Assembly (NCBI GenBank): GCA_040904565.1
Contig: JBBDTI010000067.1
Location: 22,567 to 86,566 of the forward strand
Direction: 5' to 3'
Length of the DNA stretch: 64,000 bases
From: Rhodothermales bacterium
GTDB lineage: Bacteria > Bacteroidota > Rhodothermia > Rhodothermales > VXPQ01
The translations under genes and the position numbers were made by a program. Shown piece by piece: positions 28,967-38,034 of this stretch; within the stretch, counting starts at the first letter, position 1; the number at the start of each line of letters is the position of its first letter. The notes under the pieces were generated by a model. That model ran no database searches. It was given only the letters and a program-made list of their open reading frames with translations, and was not told the DNA's origin.

Positions 28967-29114
28967 GCCTGATGGAGGGGGGCACCTGTGGGCGTATTTG
29001 CGGATTCGTGTACTACGTATGGCTGCTCCAGCGTGCGCAGCCCGACGCATGCTGCGATCGGTTGACTGGCTGTCTATCTTACGTGTGGCACCATCAGAAC
29101 TGACCTCATCGATC

Positions 29115-31928
29115 ATGCTTCGACTCACATCATTGACGGCCGCCGTATTCGCCGTCACATTTATAACGTGCGTACCCGTTCGTGCGCTCCAGACCGATGT
29201 CGTTCCGCTGCCGGAGCACCCGCGGCCCGACTTCGAGCGAGCCGAATGGGTGAACCTGAATGGGACCTGGGATTTTCGCTTCGAGGATCCGGCTAACGAC
29301 CGTGCGGCCACCGTGCTGGATGCTCCTTTTGCGCAGCAGATTCTGGTGCCTTTCTCGTGGGGAGCCCCGCTTTCGGGCGTCGAAGATGAGGCCGACGTCG
29401 GATGGTACCGCCGGTCGATCACGATCCCGGACGACTGGGAGGGACGGCGTGTCTTTCTCGTGATCGGTGCCGCCGACTGGACCACGACGGTATGGGTGGA
29501 TGGCGTGGAGCTGGGCAGCCATCGCGGAGGCTACACCCCCTTCGAGTTCGAGCTCACATCGTACGTAGAGGCAGGCGCCGAACATCAGCTCGTACTTCGC
29601 GTGGACGACACGCCGCACGACTTCAAGCTGGAAGGCAAGCAAGGGTACGGTCCGGCCCGCGGAATATGGCAGACGCCGTATCTGGAAGCACGCGGCACTT
29701 CGGCCATCGACCTGATCCATTTTACACCAGATCTCAGCGATCAGCGGGTGGGCGTGTCGATCCATCTGCTCGAGGCCGCTCCGGAGGATCTTTCCCTGCA
29801 GCTGGCCATTCGCGGCCGGGACGGTGCGTTCGAGGTTGAACGGACGGTTCCGGCCGGAACCGGATCGCTCGAGTTTAACGTTCCCGTAGCCGATCCTGTG
29901 TTGTGGACGCTGGAGGATCCGCACCTTTATGAGGTAACGGCGACCGTTTCGGGAAACGGCGCGCCCGACCGCGTCGAGACGTACTTCGGCATGCGCGAGA
30001 TCGGCGTCGTCGATCTGCCCGGTACGGAGTACCCCTACATCGCACTCAACGGGGAACCGGTCTATCTCGAGACGGCGCTGGATCAGGCCTATCATCCCGA
30101 GGGATATTACACGTTTCCGAGCGACGCCTTCATGCGGGACGAGATCCTGCGGTCCCGTCGGATAGGTCTTAACGGCATGCGCATCCACGTGAAGATCGGG
30201 ATCCCGCGCAAGCTTTACTGGGCGGACCGGCTCGGTATGTTGATTATGGCTGACGTACCCAACAGCTGGGGAGAGCCGACGGAGGAGATGCGCGGCGAGG
30301 TCGAGTACGCGCTGCGGGGGATGATCGAGCGGGACTACAACCATCCCTCCATCTTTTCGTGGGTACCCTTCAACGAGACGTGGGGACTCCGAACCGGGAT
30401 CGATGGAGACGACGTGTATACGGACGACGCCAAGGACTGGGTGGTGTCCGTCGTCGAGCTCGCCAGAGAGATGGACTCGACGCGGCTCGTGGAGGACAAC
30501 TCCGTCTGCTGCGGCGTCGGGCACACGGTTACCGACATCAATTCGTGGCACATCTACACGACCGGTTACAACATGCCGGAGCACCTGGATATGGTCAGCG
30601 ATAATACGTATCCGGGGTCCACGTGGAACTACGAGGACGGCTATCAGCACGGCGATCAGCCGCTCTTCAACTCCGAGTTCGGGAACGTGTGGGGCTACGA
30701 AGGGAGCACCGGAGACGTGGATTGGAGCTGGGACTACCACATCTTCATGAACGAATTTCGCCGGCATCCGAAGATCTCCGGCTGGCTCTACACGGAGCAT
30801 CACGACGTCGTCAATGAGTGGAACGGGTACTGGAAGTACGATCGATCTGAGAAATTCACGGGGCTCGATGCGTTCGTCGACGGCATGTCGTTGCGCGATC
30901 TGCACGCTCCGCTGTACGTTGCCGTGGGCGACCGCGGCGACCTGGCGCGCGACGTGGTGCCGGGGGAGGTCGTAGACGTACCGCTCTGGGTTTCCTTCAT
31001 GACGGGATCGGACGCGTACGGCGACGAGCTGCGGCTCGAGATCGATCTCCATACGATCGACCGGCTGGGCCGCCGGCGGCCCTACGCGAGCGCCGTCTTA
31101 CCGGTGTCTTACCGTCCGTGGCGCTCGGAAGCGCTCTCGACGATCCGTCTGACGATGCCGGAGCAGCCCGGACTGGCGGTCGTGACCACGAAGCTCACCG
31201 ATGGACTGAACGCGGTCCTGCATCGTAATTTCACGACGTATGTCGTGACGGGAGACGATCCGGAGATCGTCGAGACGCTGGACGGTCGGCGAGCGCGGCT
31301 CGTTCGCGTCGCCGCGGCGGACTACGCGGACGCCGACTGGTCGGCCAAGGAATGGAACGTGCTGGATGGCCTGAAGGTGAATGGCGCCGGGAGCGGCTAC
31401 TTCGAGTACCGGCTGCCCTGGCCGGACGACGTCGCGCCCGGTGATGTGGAGCGATCTTCGTTTTTATTCGAGGCATCGGCCAAACAGCTGTACGGCAAGG
31501 ACGTCGAGGGGGATGACGAGATGGACGGCGACTACATGCGCGGCGGCGGTGCGCACGATCCGAGCCTGAACCCCAATGCCTATCCCATGACCGACGAATA
31601 CCGCTTCCCGAGCGCCGTCACCGTGCGGGTCGGGGAGACGGTGGCGGGCGTATATGATCTGGAGGATGACCCGGCAGACCATCGAGGCATTCTTTCGTGG
31701 CACGCACAGCCGGAGGACAACCGTCTGCGCGAGGCGGGTTCGTACGGTTGGCTGGTCGACGTCCCCATCCCCCGGGAAGAGCTGGCACGTGCCGCGCGCG
31801 CCGGTGAGCTGGTGGTTCGTCTCGAAGTTGATGAGGCACTTCCGCACGGGCTGGCGATCTACGGGTCGCAATTCGGGCGCTATCCCCTCGATCCGACCTG
31901 GTCGCTCATACTGCACGACATCGAATAG
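29115..31928 (+). CDS. Glycoside hydrolase family 2 protein
   Basis: Signal peptide. GH2 sugar-binding domain (GW.Y.R...P..W.G.RV.L.....D....VWV.G...G.H.GGY.PF) and catalytic-region NHPSIFSWVPFNETWG. ATG 29115 preferred over track start 28854. Confidence 0.88.
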   Translation: MLRLTSLTAAVFAVTFITCVPVRALQTDVVPLPEHPRPDFERAEWVNLNGTWDFRFEDPANDRAATVLDAPFAQQILVPFSWGAPLSGVEDEADVGWYRRSITIPDDWEGRRVFLVIGAADWTTTVWVDGVELGSHRGGYTPFEFELTSYVEAGAEHQLVLRVDDTPHDFKLEGKQGYGPARGIWQTPYLEARGTSAIDLIHFTPDLSDQRVGVSIHLLEAAPEDLSLQLAIRGRDGAFEVERTVPAGTGSLEFNVPVADPVLWTLEDPHLYEVTATVSGNGAPDRVETYFGMREIGVVDLPGTEYPYIALNGEPVYLETALDQAYHPEGYYTFPSDAFMRDEILRSRRIGLNGMRIHVKIGIPRKLYWADRLGMLIMADVPNSWGEPTEEMRGEVEYALRGMIERDYNHPSIFSWVPFNETWGLRTGIDGDDVYTDDAKDWVVSVVELAREMDSTRLVEDNSVCCGVGHTVTDINSWHIYTTGYNMPEHLDMVSDNTYPGSTWNYEDGYQHGDQPLFNSEFGNVWGYEGSTGDVDWSWDYHIFMNEFRRHPKISGWLYTEHHDVVNEWNGYWKYDRSEKFTGLDAFVDGMSLRDLHAPLYVAVGDRGDLARDVVPGEVVDVPLWVSFMTGSDAYGDELRLEIDLHTIDRLGRRRPYASAVLPVSYRPWRSEALSTIRLTMPEQPGLAVVTTKLTDGLNAVLHRNFTTYVVTGDDPEIVETLDGRRARLVRVAAADYADADWSAKEWNVLDGLKVNGAGSGYFEYRLPWPDDVAPGDVERSSFLFEASAKQLYGKDVEGDDEMDGDYMRGGGAHDPSLNPNAYPMTDEYRFPSAVTVRVGETVAGVYDLEDDPADHRGILSWHAQPEDNRLREAGSYGWLVDVPIPREELARAARAGELVVRLEVDEALPHGLAIYGSQFGRYPLDPTWSLILHDIE

Positions 31929-31944
31929 AAGTCAGCCCTTACGC

Positions 31945-33408
31945 TCATCGCACGTGCAGGATCACACCTGAATGTCTGGACTCATCGAAATGGGCGTCAT
32001 ATAGGTAGAGTCCGGTCGGCCAGCGTTCAGTTGTGATCTCAATATTCGTGATTCCGGCTGGCACCAATTCATTTATCGGCGTCCGGACGATTCGTCCGGC
32101 GGCGTCGTAGATCCTTATTCGAACGTGCGCGGCCTTGGACAGGTTGACACGTAAGGTGGTGACACGGTCGGATGGTATCGGAAAGACACGTATGGCAGGA
32201 CGCTTTTCCATTCGATCCGGCGAGAATACGGGTACCGCCGACGCACCATCTAACGTATTCCAGCAGGCTAGATGCGATGCGTGCAGATCGCCGGCTGAGA
32301 GGAAGGCGCCGCCGACGTGTAGCACTCCCGAAGGAGAGATCGCAAGCGCGTGCACGAGATCCCCGACCCCGCTGCCGAGCGCTCGCCAGTGCATCCCGTC
32401 CCAGACCCCCACGTGCTTAATCGGCGTCCCAACCGAAGTCTCGAAATATCCGCCCGCATAAAGTCGTCCCTCATCGTCAAATAAGAGGGCGTGCACGTTT
32501 CCGTCCAGTCCATCGCCTACCCGGTTCCACCGATTCCCATCCCACCGTGCAATATTGGCCGCCGTGGCGTGGCCGGCCAGATCGAAATTACCACCGGCGA
32601 AAAGATCTCCGTTCGGAGCAATCGCAAGCGCCCAGACAGGCCGCCCGAACCACGCTAAATTCATACCGCTTCCCATGGCATGCCACTCGAAACCATCCCA
32701 GCGAGCAATCTGATACGCCGCAGCGCTGCCGGCCGTAGTAAACCCTCCTCCCGCATAGAGGGTGCCGTCGCGGGAGGTGACGAGAGATGTCACGTTGTGA
32801 TTCATGCCCAGGCCTACGTTCGACCAGCGATCGCCATCCCACCGGGCAATAAATCGCGCGTCTCGACCGCCGGCGGACGTAAAGCCCCCTCCAGCATAGA
32901 GGGAGCCGTCGGGCGCAACGTGGAGCGCCTGTACGATTGAATTCATTCCTCCGCCGACCTCTTCCCACACCGTCCCGTCCCAGCGTGCGATGAATGCGGC
33001 GTCGTGGTCACCCGCCCGAGAAAACGTACCACCGGCATACAGCATTCCGTCACGTCCGACGGCCAGTGCATATACGACATGATCCATTCCGCCGCCCATA
33101 GATGACCACCCGTTGTCTTTCCACACGGCAATATGGTTGACCACGCGGCCTCCGGCAGTCTTGAAAAAGCCTCCCGCGTAGAGAATGTCTCCGTGCGTTG
33201 CCATGGTCATGACATCGCCGTCGAGTGATGAAAAGGGATTTGTCCACGACGTGTTGTCGAACCGGTCCAACACCGTCGATAGAGCGGGGACATCGCGTGC
33301 AGCGAAGTGGGACGGCGAGTAGGTCGGGTCGGCTCCGGTTGCCTGGGCCGATCGAAACATGACGATCGACAGGATAGCGATGAGAATCGCGACGCGCGGT
33401 ATGGCCAT
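31945..33408 (-). CDS. Secreted beta-propeller repeat protein with a T9SS type-A C-terminal sorting domain
   Basis: Signal peptide. Roughly 7-8 repeats of about 50 aa (IARWDG..W..vG.GMN..V.AL....G.LYAGG.F..AG). C-terminal about 80 aa match the T9SS CTD pattern (..VRIRIYDAAGRIVRT...G.....W..GLYLY...). Confidence 0.85.
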   Translation of the reverse strand: MAIPRVAILIAILSIVMFRSAQATGADPTYSPSHFAARDVPALSTVLDRFDNTSWTNPFSSLDGDVMTMATHGDILYAGGFFKTAGGRVVNHIAVWKDNGWSSMGGGMDHVVYALAVGRDGMLYAGGTFSRAGDHDAAFIARWDGTVWEEVGGGMNSIVQALHVAPDGSLYAGGGFTSAGGRDARFIARWDGDRWSNVGLGMNHNVTSLVTSRDGTLYAGGGFTTAGSAAAYQIARWDGFEWHAMGSGMNLAWFGRPVWALAIAPNGDLFAGGNFDLAGHATAANIARWDGNRWNRVGDGLDGNVHALLFDDEGRLYAGGYFETSVGTPIKHVGVWDGMHWRALGSGVGDLVHALAISPSGVLHVGGAFLSAGDLHASHLACWNTLDGASAVPVFSPDRMEKRPAIRVFPIPSDRVTTLRVNLSKAAHVRIRIYDAAGRIVRTPINELVPAGITNIEITTERWPTGLYLYDAHFDESRHSGVILHVR

Positions 33409-33693
33409 GGCTGCGAACTCTTAAGCGACGGGTCGTACGCTTAGACGCACGCTTACCTTTAGTTTAAGGTATATCTCACGCTCTCCGCGTAGGGCGGCAA
33501 GACGTTCACGTGTGGGTGTGAAGATGATCTGCACGTAAGTGCACGGCCGGCACGGGATGGGCCGGGAGAGTGATAGCCGCGCATCGCAGCATTGTTACGA
33601 ATCCTCATCCGGGTGTGGGCGGTAATAAACCCTGAAGCACGTCACTGGTGCTTCGCCACCCGAGGCAACCTACTAACGGACGTCAAGACGATC

Positions 33694-34119
33694 GTGAACA
33701 AGAAGAAACTGATAGACGGTCTGAATACGGATCTGTCCCACGAGTATCAGGCCGTGCTCATGTACAATTCGTACGCCGCCATGGCTTCGGGCATCCATCG
33801 CCCGATCCTGAAGACGTTTTTTGAGGCGGAGATTACGGATGAACTCCAGCACGCGGCGTTCCTCGCCAACAAGGTTACGGCGCTCGGTGGCACGCCGGTG
33901 ACGAAGCCGGCACCGCTGAAGCTCGTTGAGGGCGCGACCGAGATGCTCGAGCAGGTTCAAAAGGCAGAGGCCGAGGCGATCGAGCGATACGTCGAGCGGC
34001 GCAAACAGGCTGAGAAGTATGGGGATTACGGTCTCGCGGCGGACCTCGACGCGATCATCAGCGACGAGACCGGCCACAAGGAAGAGACGGAAAAACTGCT
34101 CCGGGATCTGCACGCGTAG
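33694..34119 (+). CDS. Ferritin-like / Dps-like four-helix-bundle protein
   Basis: LNTDLSHEYQAVLMYNSYAA...EAEITDELQHAAFLANKV...AEAEAIERY: ferritin-like di-iron ligand pattern (E..Y, E..H). Start uncertain: GTG 33694 or the track's TTG 33592. Confidence 0.78.
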   Translation: MNKKKLIDGLNTDLSHEYQAVLMYNSYAAMASGIHRPILKTFFEAEITDELQHAAFLANKVTALGGTPVTKPAPLKLVEGATEMLEQVQKAEAEAIERYVERRKQAEKYGDYGLAADLDAIISDETGHKEETEKLLRDLHA

Positions 34120-34234
34120 GCTGCAGACGCGACAGCCGCCAGGATTTAAGCGTCGTACGGCACGGGCTTCTCCGCGTCGTACGACGCTTTTGTATCTTGA
34201 AGCGTTCGTTCCCGGATGAGCCTATACGACGACG

Positions 34235-35317
34235 ATGAACTACCGCTCTCTCTGCTGGCTGTTGCTGTTTCTGGCGGCGCCTGGACCGCTCGCGGCGCAG
34301 ACGCACACGGAAAACGTCATTTTTATCACCCTCGACGGACTCCGATGGCAGGAACTGTTCACGGGCGCCGACTCCATGCTGATGGCCGACGAACGGTACA
34401 CGGACGATCCGGCCGATTTCGAGGAGCGGTATTGGGCTGACGCCGCCGTGGTGCGGCGCGCCCGGTTGATGCCGTTTTTCTGGAATACGATCGCCGAACA
34501 GGGGCAGATCTACGGCAATCGGGAGCTGGGATGCCGGGTCGATGCCTCGAACCGGCACCTGTTTTCTTACCCGGGTTACAATGAGATCCTGACAGGGCGT
34601 GCCGACGACGCGCGCATCGACAGCAACGAGAAGCGTCCGAATCCTAATGTGACGGTTCTCGAGACCGTCAACCGGGCAACGGGTTTCGATGGGCGCGTTG
34701 CCGCGTTCGGTTCATGGGACGTGTTTCCCTTCATCATCAACGAAGGGCGCAGCGGCGTGCCGGTTAATGCCGGTTTCGAACCGGCCGCGGGTCCGAATCT
34801 GAGTGAGAAAGAGCGGCTCCTGAATACGCTCCAGGTGCAGATCCCCAGTCCATGGTCCACGGTTCGGCTCGACGCGTTCACCCACCACTTCGCCCTGGAG
34901 CATCTACGCCAGGAACGCCCGCGCCTGCTGTACGTCGCGTACGGAGAAACGGACGACTTCGCGCACGACGGAGACTTCGGTGCGTATCTGACCGCCGCGG
35001 AGCGGACGGATGCGTTCATCGCGGAGCTGTGGAACTGGGTCCAGGCTCAGGATGATTACCGGGGAAAGACCACCTTCGTGATCACGACGGATCACGGTCG
35101 CGGCGAGGGTGACGCGTGGACGGGTCACGGGTCGAGCGTAGATGGCGCGGAGGCGATCTGGCTGGCCGTACTCGGACCCGACACGCCGGCGGTAGGCGAA
35201 CGCGTCGGGCCGTGCGATCTGTACCAGAACCAGGTCGCCGCGACGGTAGCCCGTCTCCTCGGCCTCGAACTGGGGCCGGAGGCCGGTCCGCCCATAGAAT
35301 CGGCCTTTGGCGATTGA
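34235..35317 (+). CDS. Alkaline-phosphatase-superfamily (metalloenzyme) protein, secreted
   Basis: Signal peptide. VIFITLDGLRWQE (metal/nucleophile region) and ITTDHGRG near the C-terminus, typical of AlkP/NPP-type enzymes. Confidence 0.75.
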   Translation: MNYRSLCWLLLFLAAPGPLAAQTHTENVIFITLDGLRWQELFTGADSMLMADERYTDDPADFEERYWADAAVVRRARLMPFFWNTIAEQGQIYGNRELGCRVDASNRHLFSYPGYNEILTGRADDARIDSNEKRPNPNVTVLETVNRATGFDGRVAAFGSWDVFPFIINEGRSGVPVNAGFEPAAGPNLSEKERLLNTLQVQIPSPWSTVRLDAFTHHFALEHLRQERPRLLYVAYGETDDFAHDGDFGAYLTAAERTDAFIAELWNWVQAQDDYRGKTTFVITTDHGRGEGDAWTGHGSSVDGAEAIWLAVLGPDTPAVGERVGPCDLYQNQVAATVARLLGLELGPEAGPPIESAFGD

Positions 35318-35326
35318 TCTTACCGT

Positions 35327-37822
35327 CTACCCCTTTGGCGGCTTCGCCCGGTTGGTGGGCTCTGCGCGGAGGGGATCTTCGGGCCAGTAGTGTTTCGGAT
35401 ACCGTCCGCGGAGGTCCTTGCGCACGTCGAAGTAGGTGTCCTTCCAGAAGTTCGCGAGATCCTGAGTAACCTGCATGGGGCGATGGGCGGGTGAGAGGAG
35501 ATGCAGCGTCAGCCGAACCCTTCCCCGATCGATGCGCGGCGTTTCCGTCTGGCCGAACAGTTCCTGCAGGCGGACCGCCAGTACGGGAGCGTCGGGGTCG
35601 GAGTAATCGATCGGAATGCGCGACCCGCTGGGCACCGTCACGTGCGTGGGTGCCCGCTCGTCGAGTTCCTCACGCCGCTCCCAGCCGACGTACCCCAGCA
35701 GGATGTTCGTGAGGTCGAGCTGCTGCAGGTCTTCCGCGCGCTTCATCCCATAGAGATGGGGTCGAAGCCAATCTTCCAGGTTCTCCAGGAGCGCCTCGTT
35801 CGTGGCGCCCGGCCATTCTTCTTCATGACGGCCCAGGAAAACGAGCCGCTCCTGCAGATGCCGGGCGTTCTTGGTCCACGGCAGCAGCTCGAGGCCTTCC
35901 TCCCGGATACCCTCGATGAGTGCGTCGACCATCCGGTCTGGATCGGGGTCGGCGATGGGCCCGTCTTTCAGCACCACGGCGCCGAGCTGCAGTCGACGCC
36001 GGGCACGCACGACGCCGTCGTCCCACGCTATCGTATCTACCTCCTCGATCTGCTCGTCGAAGTGTGCGAAAAGATCTTCGAGACCCACGGGGGCGGCGCG
36101 AAAGATCCGGCTTTCCCGGCGCCGCTCGCCCAGGTCAGCCGCGACGAGATACTCGGCATTCGACAAGAGCTGCGGCTCGCCGAAGGTGGCCATGCGTCCG
36201 TTTCGGAGGCGGAAGCGACCATTGATCTTCTGTGCGATGCGGTCGGGGTACGCGAAAGCGGCAAGGAGACCACACAGATCGACATCGGCATCTTCTTTTC
36301 GGGTGTGGACTTTCCGCCGCCAGTGCTTGGCCACGCGCAGGACGTGGTGTGCCGCGCCGCGGTCGACCTGGAATCCGCGTGCGTAGTCGAACTCCGCCCG
36401 GCCTCTTCCACGCAGGTCGCGCAGTGCCTGTACGCGAAGCCGCAGGTCGGCGTTGTCCACGCCGGAGCGTGCCTTAAAAATGTCGCGCTCGCTGAGCAAT
36501 GCGGCGATGTCGCATGCGAGTCCGACCGCGTCGACCTCTTCCGCGCAGAGCAGCATGTGAGCGAGGCGAGGGTGGAGTCCGAGTCCGGACATCCGTCGAC
36601 CGTGTTCGGTGATCGTGCCGTCGTTCGCTAGCGCACCGAGGTGCCGGAGCAGGTCGCGGGCCTGATCGTAGGCGGCGGCCGGCGGCGGATCCATCCAGTC
36701 GAGATCGGAGGGGTCGGCCGTACCCCAGCGTGCCAGCTCGAGGGCGAGGGGCGCAAGGTCTGCCTGGAGGATTTCGGGCGGACTGTGAGGCTCCAGATGC
36801 TGCTGATCGAGCGACGTCCACAGCCGGTAGCACACCCCCGGCCCGAGGCGTCCGGCCCGTCCGCGTCGCTGGTCGGCGGACGCCTTAGACACCTTGATGG
36901 TCGCCAGGCCCGTCATCCCGCTGCGCGGAGAGAAGCGCGGTACGCGCATCAATCCGGAGTCGACGACGATGCGTACCCCTTCGATCGTCAGGCTCGTTTC
37001 GGCGATGTCGGTCGACAGTACGACCTTCCGACCGTCCGACGTGCTCGGAGCAATCGCTGCATCCTGAGCCGCCTGCGGCAGGTTGCCGAAGAGGGGATGC
37101 ACGCTGACGTGGGCTGGAAGGTCGGAGAGCCGGGATTCCGTGCGCCGAATTTCGCCGGCGCCGGGCAGGAAGACGAGCAGGTCGCCCTCGTCGTGTTCCT
37201 GAAGCGCCATGCGGACCGTTCGCGCCGTGATCTCCTCGATGCGTGCCTCGGGCGCACCATCGAGGTAATGCGTCTCGATAGGATAGCTCCGCCCTTCGCT
37301 CGTGACGATCGGCGCGTCGTCGAGTAGATCGGCGACGGCCGTCGTTTCCAGTGTGGCGGACATGACGAGGACGCGGAGATCCTCACGAAAGATGCGTCGC
37401 GACGCCAATGTAAGGGCGAGGCCGAGGTCGGCCTGAAGGCTGCGTTCGTGAAATTCGTCGAAGATCACCAGACCGACCCCTTCCAGTGACGGGTCGTCCT
37501 GCAGAAACCGCGTCAGCACGCCTTCCGTCACGACCTCGATACGCGTCGAGGGTCCCACGCGGGTATCCATGCGCACTCGGTAGCCGATCGTTTGTCCGAC
37601 CGATTCGCCGCGGAGGTCGGCCATGCGACGGGCAGCCGCGCGAGCGGCGAGGCGGCGGGGCTCGAGCATAACGATCTTTTGCCCAACCATCCATTTCTCT
37701 TCGAGCAGGGCCGGCGGCACGAGCGTGGTCTTCCCCGCACCGGGCGGCGCCTGCAGCACGGCCTCGGTTCTCGACCGAAGGGCGGCGGCGAGTTCGGGAA
37801 GTTCGGGTTCTATGGGCAGCAC
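35327..37822 (-). CDS. hrpB: ATP-dependent RNA helicase HrpB (DEAH-box)
   Basis: 831 aa. Walker A APPGAGKTT, DEFHERS (DEAH variant), SATL, TDIAETSLTI, QRRGRAGR, plus the HrpB C-terminal domain. GTG start. Confidence 0.93.
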   Translation of the reverse strand: MLPIEPELPELAAALRSRTEAVLQAPPGAGKTTLVPPALLEEKWMVGQKIVMLEPRRLAARAAARRMADLRGESVGQTIGYRVRMDTRVGPSTRIEVVTEGVLTRFLQDDPSLEGVGLVIFDEFHERSLQADLGLALTLASRRIFREDLRVLVMSATLETTAVADLLDDAPIVTSEGRSYPIETHYLDGAPEARIEEITARTVRMALQEHDEGDLLVFLPGAGEIRRTESRLSDLPAHVSVHPLFGNLPQAAQDAAIAPSTSDGRKVVLSTDIAETSLTIEGVRIVVDSGLMRVPRFSPRSGMTGLATIKVSKASADQRRGRAGRLGPGVCYRLWTSLDQQHLEPHSPPEILQADLAPLALELARWGTADPSDLDWMDPPPAAAYDQARDLLRHLGALANDGTITEHGRRMSGLGLHPRLAHMLLCAEEVDAVGLACDIAALLSERDIFKARSGVDNADLRLRVQALRDLRGRGRAEFDYARGFQVDRGAAHHVLRVAKHWRRKVHTRKEDADVDLCGLLAAFAYPDRIAQKINGRFRLRNGRMATFGEPQLLSNAEYLVAADLGERRRESRIFRAAPVGLEDLFAHFDEQIEEVDTIAWDDGVVRARRRLQLGAVVLKDGPIADPDPDRMVDALIEGIREEGLELLPWTKNARHLQERLVFLGRHEEEWPGATNEALLENLEDWLRPHLYGMKRAEDLQQLDLTNILLGYVGWERREELDERAPTHVTVPSGSRIPIDYSDPDAPVLAVRLQELFGQTETPRIDRGRVRLTLHLLSPAHRPMQVTQDLANFWKDTYFDVRKDLRGRYPKHYWPEDPLRAEPTNRAKPPKG

Positions 37823-38034
37823 GGGTACGGCGATGTTGGGGCGGTGACGTTGGGGCGGCGATGTGGGGGCTCGGAATGCCGATCAGGTAACGCGTGCGGA
37901 TTCGAAGGTGTTGCGGGCAGTACGGACGATCGTTAACGTGATGCAGCGGCATATCGAACTCAATCAGGGACGGAGCGATCAGCGAGGCCGAATACATACG
38001 CAGCCACTACACGAAATCCGAGTATAGCATCCCC

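Noticed and set aside
28854-29114. 5' extensions of several track ORFs (28854-29114; also 39903-40427, 55902-56396, 17088-17195, 15856-15990, 18430-18573, 24765-24845, 12003-12125)
   Set aside because: In each case a downstream start is immediately followed by a signal peptide, lipobox or the conserved family N-terminus. The upstream extension is Arg-rich, non-protein-like, or overlaps the preceding gene.
29130-31052. 640-aa minus-strand ORF
   Set aside because: It is antisense to the GH2 gene, which has clear family motifs. The ORF itself has no motifs and a shadow-ORF composition.
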